A DNA stretch of 64,000 nucleotides from Octopus vulgaris (GCA_951406725.2 OX597822.1:3906001-3970000), one strand, 5' to 3'. Positions 39,000-57,315 are shown, counted from the first letter of the stretch. Made by a program: numbers and translations. Notes: a model not told the origin generated them from the sequence alone.

Positions 39000-39202
39000 A
39001 AGGACAATCGTTAGTACGCCGGGCATAATACTTATCGGCATTTTGTCCGTCTATAAGTCCAGAGTTCAAATTCCGCCGAGGTCGGCTTTGCTTTTCATCC
39101 TTTCGGGTTCGGAAAAATATGTACCAGTTGAATACAGAAGTTGATGTAATTGTCTTGGCCCCTTCTGTGGAAATTGCCTGCCTTGTGTCAAAATTTGAAG
39201 CC
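39000..39202 (+). mobile_element. SINE family B
   Basis: AATCGTTAGTACGCCGGGC..GAGTTCAAATTCCGCCGAGGTCG..AAATTTGAAG. Confidence 0.8.
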
Positions 39203-39279
39203 AATATTAAACAGACAAATATGCGTTGCCAACTATTATGTCACACGTTATATCGATTCTACATTCGCTGATATTCCAA

Positions 39280-39566
39280 TTATCCAAACCTCCAAGAATT
39301 CCTTTCAACACACGGCTATGATGCCCCCCCCCCCCCCACTACTTCTGCTCATAATAGAAGATGCACATATCGTCAGCCACTAAGGGACATGCTCAACTGG
39401 TTAAGGTCAAATAACTGACAAGTAAATCTGTGGTATTGAGCAGAATATTTGCTGTAGCCATCTTTTATACCAAGACAAAAAAAAATTTATGTGATAACAC
39501 TTCCAATCAGTTAAGATCAGAAGCCATGAGAGCCACTGTCTGGTACTGCATCAGGGCATTTATTAA
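39280..39566. mobile_element. Repeat terminus abutting (TTA)n (same as 26688-26848)
   Basis: Shared ~160-bp sequence ending GGTACTGCATCAGGG then (ATT)n. Confidence 0.8.
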
Positions 39567-43499
<3,933 letters not shown>

Positions 43500-44040
43500 G
43501 ACGTCGCATAGTATTCAACATAGTGATGTTACTAATTGAAGATATTTTGTCTACCGGGGGTTTGTACTGTTTGTCAAGTCACAGCAAGGATCTCAGACCT
43601 CAGACACACAATATTCTAATAATATGTGTGCAGTTCCAAGTAATGCCGACTTTCGCAATACAACTAGATTGTAGGGTATTTCTAAAGATTTCAGGTGGTT
43701 TTTCAGATTTGGTGCTATTGAACCCAATGCTCTGATGACAATAGGAATAACCTTTATCTTTGACTCTCGTAGCTGCCACATCTTAGCAATTTCAATTCTC
43801 GGGTTTCCATATTTATCAACCTTTTCTCTTTCTTTCATGATGACATGTTGATCCCTGGTACTGCCACGTCAATTATTATGCACTCTTGTTTTTCCCTCCT
43901 AAAGGTTACTATATCCGGCCATCGGTGCTCTTATACTTTATCTGGAAATCAAAGTCCCAGATGATTTTTGCCTTCCCCTTTTTGTCAATTACCTTTTCCC
44001 ATGTATGTTGATACCAAGCACCCGTAAACTCTGTTGTTCT
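43500..44040 (-). mobile_element. R4/Dong-clade 3' fragment (family 3, older)
   Basis: IIWDFDF, RPDIV, KEREKVDKY..EIAKMWQL..VIPIVIRALGSI..SALLGTAHIL; (TTA)n on both sides. Confidence 0.85.
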
Positions 44041-44322
44041 TATTATTATTATTATCGAAACAGCAAAGAGCACTATAGTTTCTATTTAAGCCAAGCCATT
44101 ATGATTAATTGGCTGTTTTACCCAGTAAGCTATGCGAACTTTCTATCTACATAAACTAATTGCAATTTCTCATAGTTTATTTAGCTAATATATTAAAATT
44201 GGCATTATGTTTATGAGTTCCGTCATATAATTTCAAGAACAGATTTTTTTTTCCCTCAGGAGAGACAGCTGATTCATTTATTTTCGAAAGTAAATTAATA
44301 TAAACAAAACACACACACACAT

Positions 44323-44379
<57 letters not shown>

Positions 44380-44731
44380 TACATATATATATATAATGTA
44401 AATAAAATATATCTTATATATATTGCATTGAGAGATGGATGTATGAGTACATAAGTATTCATGTCTGTGCACCCATATACAAAGGCAGGGAGGAAAGCAA
44501 TGTATGTATGCATGTGCATGCATTTATGTATACCCGCATATGTGTGTGTGTGTGTGTGCATTTATATACTCACCTATACCGATGTAAGCAGTTTTACGCT
44601 TATGTCTACACTTTATGTATTTTACATGTATGCATATATACATAGGTATACATGCATACATTCGTTCGTATATAAACACACGCACGCACGGATGCACTTG
44701 CACGTATACATATCTACATGCATATAAATTT

Positions 44732-44865
44732 ACTGCTTACCAACCACATGGTTCCGGGTTTATTCCCACTGCGTGGAACCTTGGGCAAGTGTCTTCTAAT
44801 ATAGCATCGGGCCGACCAAAGCCCTGTGAATGGATTTGGTAGACGGAAACTGAAAGAAGCCCACC

Positions 44866-44926
<61 letters not shown>

Positions 44927-45125
44927 ATATATGTGTGTGTGTGTGTGTGTGTTTGTTTGTCTGTGGTGGTATGTAACTTGGCGGTTCGACAAAAGGGACT
45001 AATAAAATAAGTACTAGGCTTCCAGAGAATAAAGCCTGGGTTTTATTTGCTCGACTAAAGGCACTGCTCCAGCATGGCCGCAGTCAAATGACTGCCACAA
45101 ATAAAAGAGTAAAAGAATAAAAGAA
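44732..45125 (+). mobile_element. SINE family A
   Basis: GCTTACCAACCACATGGTTCCGGG..CTCCAGCATGGCCGCAGTCAAATGAC. Confidence 0.85.
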
Positions 45126-45502
45126 AGTAAGAGTATATTCTGTATCTTTTAGCTCTGTTGGTTATCGGCCGGTAGCCATGCTTGTGGGCGACGCCGAACT
45201 GTTTTTGTCCAGTATTATTCTCATTGTACTTAAATTTAAGGCCCGTGCTTTTTGTATTGAAAAGTACGTATCGAACCACTTAGTCATGGGAAATAAACAA
45301 TTATCGGAAGATACGCAGATGCACCGTGAGACAGCAAACACAGCGCATACACACATATATGTACATACACTCACATAAAATCGCTAATCTTTTCAAGGAA
45401 AACGGTGACTGTGAGTTGGTTTCTCGTCGTGATTAGACTTGTAACGGCAAGCAAGTCGAAACTTTTAAATCACTATCAACTTTCTCTTAGTAAAAATTGA
45501 TA

Positions 45503-45910
45503 GGATCTTTTCGGTTTGAACGGCAGTTTTTCTAGCGGTGTCATATGAAATTGTCACCCATAATTATGACCCTAGAATCGATCTATTGCATTTCAATCTG
45601 TTTTAGGGTTAGGGTTAGAGGTGGGGGAAGGGTATCTTTTTTTTCTTCACAAATGTAAATAAACCCAATCTGTTTCTTAAACATTCATACGGCACAGAAT
45701 GTTTTTTTTACCTCAATGGACGTCAGTGATTGGTTGAAATTGCAGAAATTGAAGAAAAAAACAACAAATATCTTACAAACTATAGAATTTTCTCAATAAA
45801 GCCAAGAGAAAAAGATGTTTTATAAACATATTCTACCAGTATACGAAGTTGAAAATTTTTTAGTTACCTAGAAATTATGTTAAAAACTGCCGTTCAAACC
45901 GAAAAGATGC
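45503..45910. mobile_element. MITE, second copy (TTAGGG-containing)
   Basis: TIR GGATCTTTTCGGTTTGAACGGCAG; flanks AATTGATA / AATTAATA. Confidence 0.85.
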
Positions 45911-46794
45911 AATTAATATTCTATGAAAACGTGTTGGCTAACCTTTAAGTTAAATCTTAAATTGTTTTCACTTAATGAAAACATAAAAAATACAAGGAGA
46001 AAGACCAACTTTACCAGTTTATGTAATTCCCCTGATAGCTAAATTTCCATTGCATCCTTTATTCGTCTAATTCTACTCACTCAGTAAATATTTATTTCGG
46101 TATTTTAATGCAATCTTAATAGTTCTCTTTTAAACGAACTCATAGATACCCCCATCCTTTACGTAGTTATTTATTATCATTGAAATAGCGGGAATCACGC
46201 AGATATATTCTAAGGCGTATTGCATACCAAACGGCCATATCAATTCCAAGGGTAATTTCAAATCTATTTCATCCTACCCTCTCAAATTTCCGATTACCTC
46301 TTCGAAACCTGACCTTAAATGTTCGTCGCCTTTCTAACAAATATGGTTTCTGTGTGTGTAAGTGTTAAGTATATGTGTGTAAACCACAAAGTAGAACTTC
46401 TTAGTGACGACTTTGTTGGTTAAAGATGAAAAAGTTGCATTTAACAAATACAAATATATTTTTATATAATAATTGTGTATGGATATAATTTGTTTTCTAT
46501 ATAGACATATTTCGTTGGCATTTCATGCGTATATGTATTAATATATTTTGTTTTGTATAATAGATATTTCGATCGCTAGTTTGTTATATAAAACACGTAT
46601 TTTTTTTATTTTTTAAAAATTGCAGAATTAGAACTTCTGATGTTCAAAGTGTTTTTTACGGGTATTATAAAAATGTTTGAGGTTGTACTTGAAGAAACAT
46701 CGTATTGAAAAATTTAGCGCTAGATCTAACCCGGAAATGTACAGTTTATTTTGTTTTCTGTCGACATATAGTACATTTTAATACTAATAGCCTA

Positions 46795-48160
46795 CATTGA
46801 ACCGCAAAAGAAACGCGAGACGTGTGAAATATGTTTTAATTTCATTATGTCAAAGATAAATTTTGATAAATCTGATAAAGTCAATTTCTTGGATGCTTTT
46901 GACGACAGTCTATGGGTCGTTGTCATGTGTTCTGGTAGTGGGTGGATCCAGCATTCGAGATTGTAGGGCATGACATGTTCAATACTGTGTTTGCTCTCAC
47001 TGGGTGTTCAAAACGACCATACACCATTGGTACATGGAGCGCATGAGGCAGTTCACAAAGGCCATTGGCACTTGTGCCCACACCCTGAGGAAAGCTGCCA
47101 ACTCGTGTGGAACTGGAGGCAGCTTTCCCCAGGGTGTGGGCACAGGTGCTAATGGCCTTTCTGAACTGCCTCATGCACTCCATGTACCGATGGTGTATGG
47201 CCTTGGAACCACCTGATTCAGCTGTCTCTCGATTTCATCACACAGGTGCTCGATTGGGTTCAAATCCGGGATGTGAGCCGGCCACAGCATGGTTCTGATG
47301 TTGTGCTGACGCAGGAAGTCCATGGTGACCCTAGCTGTGTGGAAGGGTGCATTATCCTGCTGGAACACGTGGCTATGGTGACGCGCGAAGAAGAGCACGA
47401 TGTGAGGTCTTTGGATCTAGTCGACGTAGTGTTGCGCAGTGATGCCATTCTCTCTGCCTGCACCAACATTGTGGAACACAGGAGGCCCAGTTCTCTCATT
47501 CAGGCCTATGGCATCCCAAATCATGATGTTTTGGTCACCCCACGCATCTCTCTCCATGACATATGCGTCTCTGTAGTGTTCACCCCTCCTACGCCACACC
47601 CTCACTCTGCCATCCGAGCTGTCACGCTGCCGCTCTGAAGAGATCACAGAGGTGTTGCAGGTAGATGAAGTGGTCCTGCCTGGGCGTGGTCACCCGGGGA
47701 CGCCCTCTGCAGGCACGGTCTGAAGTGCTGTTGATGTTGTGCGTGTCGCTGGTGCTGACATGGACATTGTAAGCTTTCGCAACAACCAGGGCACGCTGCC
47801 CTGCTAGTAATCGGCGGGTAGCTTGTTCTCTCTGCCCTGCTGACAATCGGGTCATACTTGAAGCGTCCAAATTACAAATCTTTGCTTTATTGTCGACAAG
47901 GGGCCAGATATAGACTGGACAGTTCAAAGACAAACAAGACAATACAAGCAAAATGCAAAACGTGGGGTAAAACGCGAATGTAAAAATGGATGTTTTGTTG
48001 CTTTGTTAGCGACTTGAACTCTCTCAAGAAGAACTTAAAATTCCAAGAAAAATCGTACATGCATAACAAGCAACATATTGTTGTTTGGGACACACAAGGA
48101 AAATTATGAACGGTCACAGAGACCAGTTGTCTCACTGATGTGAATATGTCTTTGCGAATC
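46795..48160 (-). mobile_element. Tc1 (DD34E) transposon, degenerate
   Basis: MTRLSAGQRE..VAKAYNVHVST..GRPRVTTPRQD, SDGRVRVWRRRGE, FQQDNAPFH, WPAHIPDLNPIEHL; one TIR-like end TA-CATTGAACCGCAAAAGAAACGC; other end uncertain. Confidence 0.85.
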
Positions 48161-48641
48161 AAAGAGAAGGAAGATAACTAAGGACAACTGCATCGAAAGA
48201 TCCAGATTCTATATCCGGGTTACAAATTTGCATTTATACCAATAATAATTAATGCATTTAGTTTTGTAAGGAAATATCCAAATGTCAGTCTGGAAAAGCT
48301 TGGGTTTTCAGATAAAGAAAATCGACCCACTAACACTTGTCATGGGAATTTACCACCTCCGAGGTTCCGCTCGCTATGAAACGGGTGTAGACCGGATTTT
48401 ATCTACTCCATTCCTTAACTCCTGGATGTTTATTCGCATACCTGGCAACCCTGGCTTCCTACCGTGATTATATAAAACAGTTTTTTTTCAGCTTATTGTA
48501 CTTCGCTACGAGAGTATTTCGCAACCTTATGCCCCAATAAACCAGTATTGTTCCTGAAAGTTGTTCTTTTATATTTTTTTACGTATTGTTTGATGTCCAC
48601 TCTCTTCCTACACATTGATCCTCGCATGTTACATTTATATA

Positions 48642-48690
<49 letters not shown>

Positions 48691-49054
48691 CCGTGCGTGC
48701 ACGTATACATATGATATATAAACGTTATGTGAAGCGATATTTTGAAACAAAGGCGTTTAATATTTCATATGGGTATATATGTGTGTGTGTATGTGCATAT
48801 GTGTAAGTGTGTGTGAACTTGATAAACTTAATTTAATTTCGATTTTGTTTAAAGCACAAAATACTTCAAAGACAAATCTCTTATTACAATCTCTGATTGC
48901 GTTTAGCATTTCTGACTCTCACCCCACCCCCCCTCCGCTTGTTATTCTTTGTTTCTTTCTAGCATCGCGACCGCAGTGGGGAACACATTGCTTTTCATTA
49001 TATGTGATATAGATAAATATATATACAGATAGAAAGATTGATAGATAGATAGAT

Positions 49055-49121
<67 letters not shown>

Positions 49122-49216
49122 CAGACAGAGAGACAAGACATACAGACGGACACACGGACGGATGGACGGACGGACACATGGATGGACAGACGACCGGACT
49201 GACAGGTGGATAGATA

Positions 49217-50987
49217 TGTTTCTTTATTAGCCACACAGGGCTGCACACAGATAGAACAAATTACAAGGTAGAGCTTTTCTTTTGAAGGGTTAAAAAAAAA
49301 AAAAAAAAAAAAAAAATAAAAATGGGGGAGTTTCGATCAAAAGGGATCGTAAAAGGAGAGAAAGAGGACAAAAAAAGGGGGGTTAAAAAAAAAGGGGGAG
49401 AGGAAAAAAATTGATCAATAGGGATCGTTATCACAGAAATGTCAATATGAAGTGTAAAGGGGAGGACAGGTGAGGTTTACCCGTGGAAAGAAAAGCCTAC
49501 GGAAAAGTCCACGGTAACCTCGGTCAATGAAGTCACATGTTATATTTCTTTTTTTTTTTTTTTTTTTTTTGCAAATAAGCAACTCTTCTGTATTAATTTT
49601 TACGGTTCATAGAATCATAGTCAAGGTGGCTTCGTCATTCATACGTGCCATCCTTGCTACATTCACCCATCTTTTTTTAAAACATTCACTAGACAAAACT
49701 TGCCTCTCTACTCTCACTTTTTCTTCAAGTGATACTTGAAGAAGTTGATGTGAGATTGACCAGAGAGGAAAGTGTTTGTCTCTAATCCTTTCAGACGCGT
49801 CCACCAGATACATTCTTTCGCCATAGCCACAAGTATGATAAAAATAGCACTTCCTTCCCGTTTGAAGGAAGGAGGCGTGACGATATTAACGATAGACTCG
49901 GCTGATAAACCGACACGTCCCACACGTGACAGCAGTCGTTCGACATATGTCCACAGGTGGGAAATTGCTGGACACTGCACGATTGCGTGCAGAGCGGTTT
50001 CGTCGCTCTGCCCGCATTTCGGGCAGGTCGGCCCCGTGTTTCTCGAGCCATGCCTATAGAGCTTATCCCGAACGGGTAGCGCTTCTCGGTAGCACCGCCA
50101 GGCCAGGGATCTCTGGAAGTTGTCCATAGGTCACGGGCCGAAAGTCGTTTGAAACGGGCGGGTCAGGTATTCCTCGTCGACGCCCAGGTTTGCCCCGAGC
50201 TCGTCGTCGTACCTCCCCTCCACTAATCCCCTATAGAATGCTTTGGTTGTGTTGAAGTCACTCAAGGTCGACCCGGGACGGCAGAGTTGCTTGAGAGCAA
50301 CGCGACACTCGCGGTGCCATTCGCCCTTCTTCGGCCTCTTTTTGATCCACGACTGTAGTTCGGTCATGGAGACGAGTTGCGGGAATGCGTGCCTCACAAA
50401 CGGCGACCACACCTGTTCACCGTCGTCTACATAGAGCCGGAGATGTCGCAGTCTCAGCGCGTGTCTGCGCATCATCAACCACGGCATGCCCAGCCCTCCT
50501 TTTAACGGGTGTTGACAGCAAATGGATCGCCTGACCATCGGGACGCATCCTTTCCACTAGAAGCGGAAGAGGATGCGTTCTAGTTTGGTGATGGTAGGGT
50601 CGGGACAAGGTACGACGGTCAGGCGGTAGTAGATGATGGACGCGATGTACGCGTTCACCACCTCCGCCCGACCTTTTAGGGACAGTTTCCTCTCGGCCCA
50701 TTGCTGGGCGAGAGTGACCACCCTACTCGTTATCTCGTTCCAGTTCTTCTCCATTTGGAGGTCCCGGACCGAACCAGACCCCGAGCAACTCAACCGGGCC
50801 GTCTGTCCAGCGTCCCACGACGGAGGTACTGGTGGACGGCATGGGCTTGCTTCTCCAGGTGCCGAGCTGCAAGCCCACTGACTTTTCCCGGTTGATTTTT
50901 GCTCCTGTCACCGCTTCGTAGACTTTCAGTGTCTCGCCGACCCGCTCGATGTGCTCGTGGCTTGACACTATGACGGTGACGTCGTCC
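49217..50987 (-). mobile_element. Tx1-clade LINE, 5'-truncated at the RT (Y)ADD motif, 16-bp TSD, in (GATA)n
   Basis: DDVTVIVSS..GAKINREKS, LLGVWFG, WAERKLSLKGRA, GGLGMP, CPKCGQSDETALHAIVQC; TSD GACAGGTGGATAGATA at 49201-49216 and 50988-51003. Confidence 0.95.
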
Positions 50988-51014
50988 GACAGGTGGATAG
51001 ATAGATAGATAGAC

Positions 51015-51089
<75 letters not shown>

Positions 51090-51561
51090 AAGGCATGATA
51101 GATTTCGTGTTTTGTTGTTTCAAAGTGAGATTTGGTTGGAAACTTACTGCTCTAAATATCGTTTAACGCAATAAACCACGGATTTCACCAATCAATTACC
51201 ATCAAGCGGAGGGTTATTAAGATCAGCAGAGTTGCAAGGATTTGCAGCATTTGAATTTCTGTCGTTGTTGCTATCGATGCTGCTGCTATTGTTATCGCTG
51301 TTGCTTATATTAGCAATATATTGTGTGTATGCTGATAAACTTTGCATGCAGCACAGGTACGTTTATCGAGGAGTTTTATGGCATGCTGAGAAACGGTGAG
51401 CGATTGGCTGGAGGAATTTTGCAATGTTGCATTGGAAAGTTAAAATTAGAGTGACGCCAAAATGGAGCTTTCTGTTTCTAGTCAATGAATTAAATGTCTA
51501 TCTATGTACCTATGTATCCATCTATCTAACTATCCATATCCAATGTGTGTCTGCGCGCGCA

Positions 51562-51611
<50 letters not shown>

Positions 51612-51660
51612 GTATGTATGTATGTATGTATGTATGTATGTATGTATGTATGTATGTATG

Positions 51661-51754
<94 letters not shown>

Positions 51755-51755
<1 letters not shown>

Positions 51756-52127
51756 GAGGCGCAATGGCCCAGTGGTTAGAGCAGCGGACTTGCGGTCATA
51801 GGATCACGGTTTCGATTCCCAGACCGGGTGTTGTGAGTGTTTATTGAGCGAAAACACCTTAAGCTCCACGAGGGGATGGTGGTGATCCCTGCTGTACTCT
51901 TTCACCACAACTTTCTCTCGCTCTTACTTCCTGTTTCTGTTGTACCTGTATTTCAAAGGGCCGGCCTTGTCACTCTCTGTGTCACGCTGAATATCCCCGA
52001 GAACTACGTTAAGGGTACACGTGTCTGTGGAGTGCTCAGCCACTTACACGTTAATTTCACGAGCAGGCTGTTCCGTTGATAGGATCAACCGGAACCCTCG
52101 TCGTCGTAACCGACGGAGTGCTTCCAT

Positions 52128-52128
<1 letters not shown>
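51755..52128 (+). mobile_element. tRNA-derived SINE family C, full length, in (TA)n
   Basis: GGAGGCGCAATGGCCCAGTGGTTAGAGC A box; GGTTTCGATTCCC B box. Confidence 0.85.
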
Positions 52129-52198
<70 letters not shown>

Positions 52199-52203
<5 letters not shown>

Positions 52204-52800
52204 ATAAGAAATTTTTGCGTAATAAGATAAAATCCCAAGGCTGTATAGATATTAGAGCATTTATAGATAGGAGGTCTTACGGCTGTTTCTAGGATATTAA
52301 TTGATAATATGCCTTCATCGGAGATGGTGTGAGAGGAAAATTAAGTCATAGTTAGTTTCGATGGGATACAAAATAGAGAGTGAGGTGGAGGAATGAAAAT
52401 AGATGCAAGATATGTATGGGTATTGAAGTTGTAAATCCGTTTTATAGGCATAATGGTATACATGCACTATTCCAATATCCTATGAGTAAAGTCCAAAAGT
52501 CCAACAGAGTTTAAAATGAGTCCCTCCAAATATAGAGTTTATAAGCAATGTAAGATTCCCTTAGGAGTGAGATCCAGTAGATTTTTAAGCTTGGTTATTC
52601 CCAGTAGAGAATTTATTTAAACTGTTGCAGAGTTTTTATCTTATTACGCAAAAAATTCTTATATACACACGCTGACATAGAACCAACGTTGAATACTTTA
52701 TACGCAATATTACCGAATCTGGAACTTAACTATGGTCTGTCTATAGCACTTATTCAGCATTTCCTGACACATTTGTGTCTCAATGACACCATTATCTCTT
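52199..52800. mobile_element. Penelope-like fold-back element in (TA)n with hammerhead
   Basis: IR 52199-52232/52634-52667; ~130-nt extension; motif at 52274-52325. Confidence 0.65.
52274..52325 (-). ncRNA. Type I hammerhead motif (CCGAUGA variant)
   Basis: AUCU-CCGAUGA-AGG CAUAUUAUCAAUUAAUAU CCU-A-GAAAC-AGCC-GUA-AGAC; similar to 16253-16300. Confidence 0.65.
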
Positions 52801-52803
52801 ATA

Positions 52804-52835
<32 letters not shown>

Positions 52836-54062
52836 ACTATAAAAGAGAGTTTGTATATGTGTGTGCGCGCGTATGTTCCTTATGCATTACAAAACCGAGT
52901 TGCAGATTTAGACATAAGGGGTATCAAAAGATTCGGTAAGCTTTTGGCTACCAACTAAACTATATTTTCATTCACATATTTGCATTTACAAATATTCAAC
53001 ATTATAATTTTTCTTTTAGTCACCTATCGTAAATGACATTTTATATCACCACCATAATGACAATGACGTCACATTTTCTATATGAGTGTGTTCGCACATT
53101 TGTTCGTTACCTACGTTAGGCCGATGACTGACAAGTATATGTGCGTGACGGTGTATGTGTCTGTCAGTATACATACATTATTGTGACGACTCATACACAC
53201 ACACACACACGTCTACAAAGAGACGGACACAGGGAGAGAGATAGGCTTCACGTCTGCGTTAATGTACGTGTGTGTGTGTCTCTCTCTTAGTTTATGTATG
53301 TAACTCCCTCCCACCCCCAACAGTGAAACTCGCTGATATCGAAAGTTTACTTGAAGCCTGGATCTCAAACAAACAAACACGTTCACTTTCAAGTACTAAC
53401 AACATGAATATTTGGCTGACTTAACACCACTCACAATACTCACAAATATATCTGAAACAAAATATTGTTCTGGTTATTAAAACAAATTCGGAAACTTGGC
53501 AAAGTAGAAAGCCTCAGCGGCTCTTTCAATATAATTAAAGAAATGTTATTCCACTCTTTCTAACCAGTTTCAAGATAATGCTTTTTAACCGTCCTTGTAT
53601 TCTTCATCAACGTCGCACAAACTTTTTACTGCATTACTCAATATTTAATCTACAACCTATAATCTTACACAGTTCAAAAACAGCATCTTCTTTTTTATAC
53701 ACTCGATTCAGTGTTCGTTTCAGTATTGTAAAATATATTATTTTTCTATGAAAAATTTACTAATATTTTCTGACTTTTCTTGGACTTTCACCTTCTTCAC
53801 AGTGACGTTCAATCGTGAATTTTATAACATTTAGTACATGTTCCAAATAAATGTTGACTTTTTGTACTTTCTTACTAAATTACTTCTGCTAAATTGGTGA
53901 CTTACCATTGTTTTATAGCATAACTATGTTACAGAAAGTATGTTTTGCACCTATATTGACTACATTTCGTTTCGCTTGAACTCCATGTGTGTACGTTTTG
54001 GTGTTTTCAATATTATGGGGGGGGGGTCTGCGTTCGTGACGTCTCTGGTAAACTATAGTAAA

Positions 54063-54367
54063 GAACATTTTACGCTGTTTTAATGAGCCCACATCTAATG
54101 AAGTAGCCATCCTTATTGTTGGTGGTCCCTTTGAAAATCATGATATTCTCATTCGTGCTCAAGATTTTACAACCTTAAACGTGTTTCACAGACTCATCCC
54201 TCTTATGATGCTCTCCAGCATAATTATATTCTGTGGAATGGACAAGATGGGTATGAATTCAATATTCATCAGATTGAACCTGCAACAGGAGAGTCAATTA
54301 CAAACAAAAGGGTGTCGTCAAATGACTTCTATTCTTACCAACTGATATTAAGAACAGAACGATCAAA
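54063..54367 (+). mobile_element. Helitron Rep/Hel coding fragment (element probably starts near 52830)
   Basis: RCFNEPTSNEVAILIVGG..DILIR..LKRVSQTHPSYDALQ..LWNGQDGY..KRVSSNDFYSYQLILR; TATAAAAGAGAGTTTGT 5'-end-like sequence near 52838. Confidence 0.85.
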
Positions 54368-54568
54368 TCCTTTCTACTATAGGTACAAGGACTGAAATTT
54401 TCGGTGGAGGAGACCAGTCGGTTACATCGACACCAGTGTCTGACTGGTACTTAATTTATCGACACCGAAAGGATGAAAGGTAAAGTTGACCCCCGGTGGC
54501 ATTTGAACAGGCGAAATACCGCTCAAGCACTTTGCCCGGCATGTTAACGATTCTGCCAGCTCGCCGCC
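54368..54568 (-). mobile_element. SINE family B
   Basis: Ends TTCTGCCAGCTCGCCGCC (reverse of head). Confidence 0.8.
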
Positions 54569-54748
54569 TTCCAGAACAATCAAATCAATTACACATGTCA
54601 AATAAACGTTATTTCCACCTACGTATTTTCTACGTTATCTCAATATCCAGCTATAGTTATCTCAAATACACTTCTCTACAACGATCAGGTTACATCACAA
54701 AATGAAAAGAGTTACACAATTTAAATTTGAACCAAAATTAGAAAGTAT

Positions 54749-54808
<60 letters not shown>

Positions 54809-54875
54809 CATACCGCGTATGTATCGTTGGCGATTTTTTCCTCCGTCTTCCCTTCCTTGGATCTTTCTTTTTCCT

Positions 54876-54910
54876 GTTTCTGACGAAGAGCTTCTCTCGA
54901 AACGTTGAAT
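54876..54910 (+). ncRNA. Minimal type I hammerhead motif in TA-inserted element 54813-55013
   Basis: GUUU-CUGACGA-A-GAG CUUCU CUC-GAAAC-GUU-GAAU; a terminal piece of the same element lies at 8722-8817. Confidence 0.6.
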
Positions 54911-55012
54911 CCTCCTCCTTTCGTTCCTTTCCTGAGCGTCCAATAACACTATACTTGTTCCACGTCCTCGCATTGTTGAGTTTTCTCCTGTTGCTTTCAT
55001 ATTTGGATTAAC

Positions 55013-55084
<72 letters not shown>

Positions 55085-55420
55085 CATGCATGTATGTATG
55101 TATACAGTCTTTGTAGGAACGGTACTGATACTGTTATCTACCACCTTAGCAACAATGACAATAATAAACAATGATGAAAACAATCACAGATAGCAATAAT
55201 GACAATGACAACAACAAAAGCAACGACAGAAGCAGCAAAAACGATGAAAAGTAGTCGCAATGACAACAACAAATACTAACGCCATTACAACTAACTCGGT
55301 TGTTATTGGACAGTTAAGACAGCCATTATTGATAAGAGAAAGTGAAGAAATGCTGTCTCTGCAGTGATAAGAAAACCAATCTCAGATCTACACCATTACA
55401 TATATGAAAAAAAGAAACGA

Positions 55421-55476
<56 letters not shown>

Positions 55477-55480
55477 ATAC

Positions 55481-55526
<46 letters not shown>

Positions 55527-55832
55527 AAAAGCTAAAAATCATAAACGAATATAAAAAAGCAAATAAACAGTCAAACAAATAATTATTTTTTTCTATTTTT
55601 GATATCAAGAAAGCAGAGTTTAGTTCTATAGTGACACTTTAGATAGCAATCATATATTTACAATCGTAACGGGTGCGCATTTAAATCAGGATTATATTTT
55701 GGGAGGGTTTCTGTTTTTTTTTTCTTGTTTTTTTGCTTCTTTGGTATTTTTCTTTATTTGGTAGGGGTAGGGATGTGTTTCCCAATTCTCTATTACGAAA
55801 GTCACGTTGATATCGATTTAAAGACAAAATAT

Positions 55833-55892
<60 letters not shown>

Positions 55893-56163
55893 CATATACA
55901 CACATATATATTTATTTATTTTTTACTTATTTATTTATTTATGTGTTTCTTTGAGTCTAGTTTTGTCTACCCACCCCACTATCGCTTGACAACCGATGGT
56001 GGGGTGTTTAGGTCCCCGAAACTTAGTGGTTCGGCAAAAGAAACCGATAGAATAAGTACTAGGCTTATAAAGAATAAGTCCTGTGGTAGACTTCTTCGAC
56101 TAAAGGCTGTATTCCAGCATGGCTGCAGTCAGATGCCTGAAGCGTGTAAAATAGTATAGACAT

Positions 56164-56249
<86 letters not shown>

Positions 56250-56561
56250 TGATTGATTGATAAATTTATATGCATATATAGTTTAGCTGAGTTAGAGTTT
56301 AGAATAACCGTCTAAGGGATAAAAGTATTCATTATACTACCAGTAAATTACCTATAATTAAACATGGGCAAACATATTATGCTCATAATATATAGGTAAA
56401 GACACAGATAAAAAGGAGCTTATCAGGAATCAAAATTTAAAGAATGCAGAAAACTGAGATAATATTGATGAACAACAACTGATTTTCATCAATTCGCGGC
56501 CTTCGGGCTAAAACACTTTTAAGGATTTTAAGGATTAATTATTTACAAAAGAAAACCTGCA

Positions 56562-56675
56562 TCCTTACAGCTGTTTCTGCTGCTAATGGTCTTTGGTATC
56601 ACCATTGTTATGCTATGAATATACATTATATTTGGTAATCAAACCGATTTGAATCATGGAGCTTCATCAGAGTGG
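56562..56675 (-). ncRNA. Type I hammerhead motif with long stem II insert
   Basis: ACU-CUGAUGA-A-GCU..~80 nt..AGC-A-GAAAC-AGCU-GUA-AGG; core intact, stem I short. Confidence 0.55.
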
Positions 56676-56853
56676 AAAATAAATAATTAAATAAATAAAT
56701 AAAAAGGAGAGACAAGAAAAGAAAAAGGAAAAGTCGAATATGGTGAGAATCAAGTCATATTATATGCGTATCTCCCTGAGACTTTAAGTAAATGACTAAA
56801 CATATAAATGGGTATTTGGTTGGATAGTTCTATATACGGGGCATAGGTTGAAT

Positions 56854-57245
<392 letters not shown>

Positions 57246-57315
57246 GCTGTTTACACAAATAGGATAGGTCAAGGAAGGAGTTAAGATACAATAAAGAGTT
57301 AAAGTAATGGTTATT

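Noticed and set aside
51755-51830. tRNA gene (also the heads at 15271, 8130-8201 and 4105)
   Set aside because: A and B boxes are present but there is no complete cloverleaf, and each continues into a multi-copy SINE body
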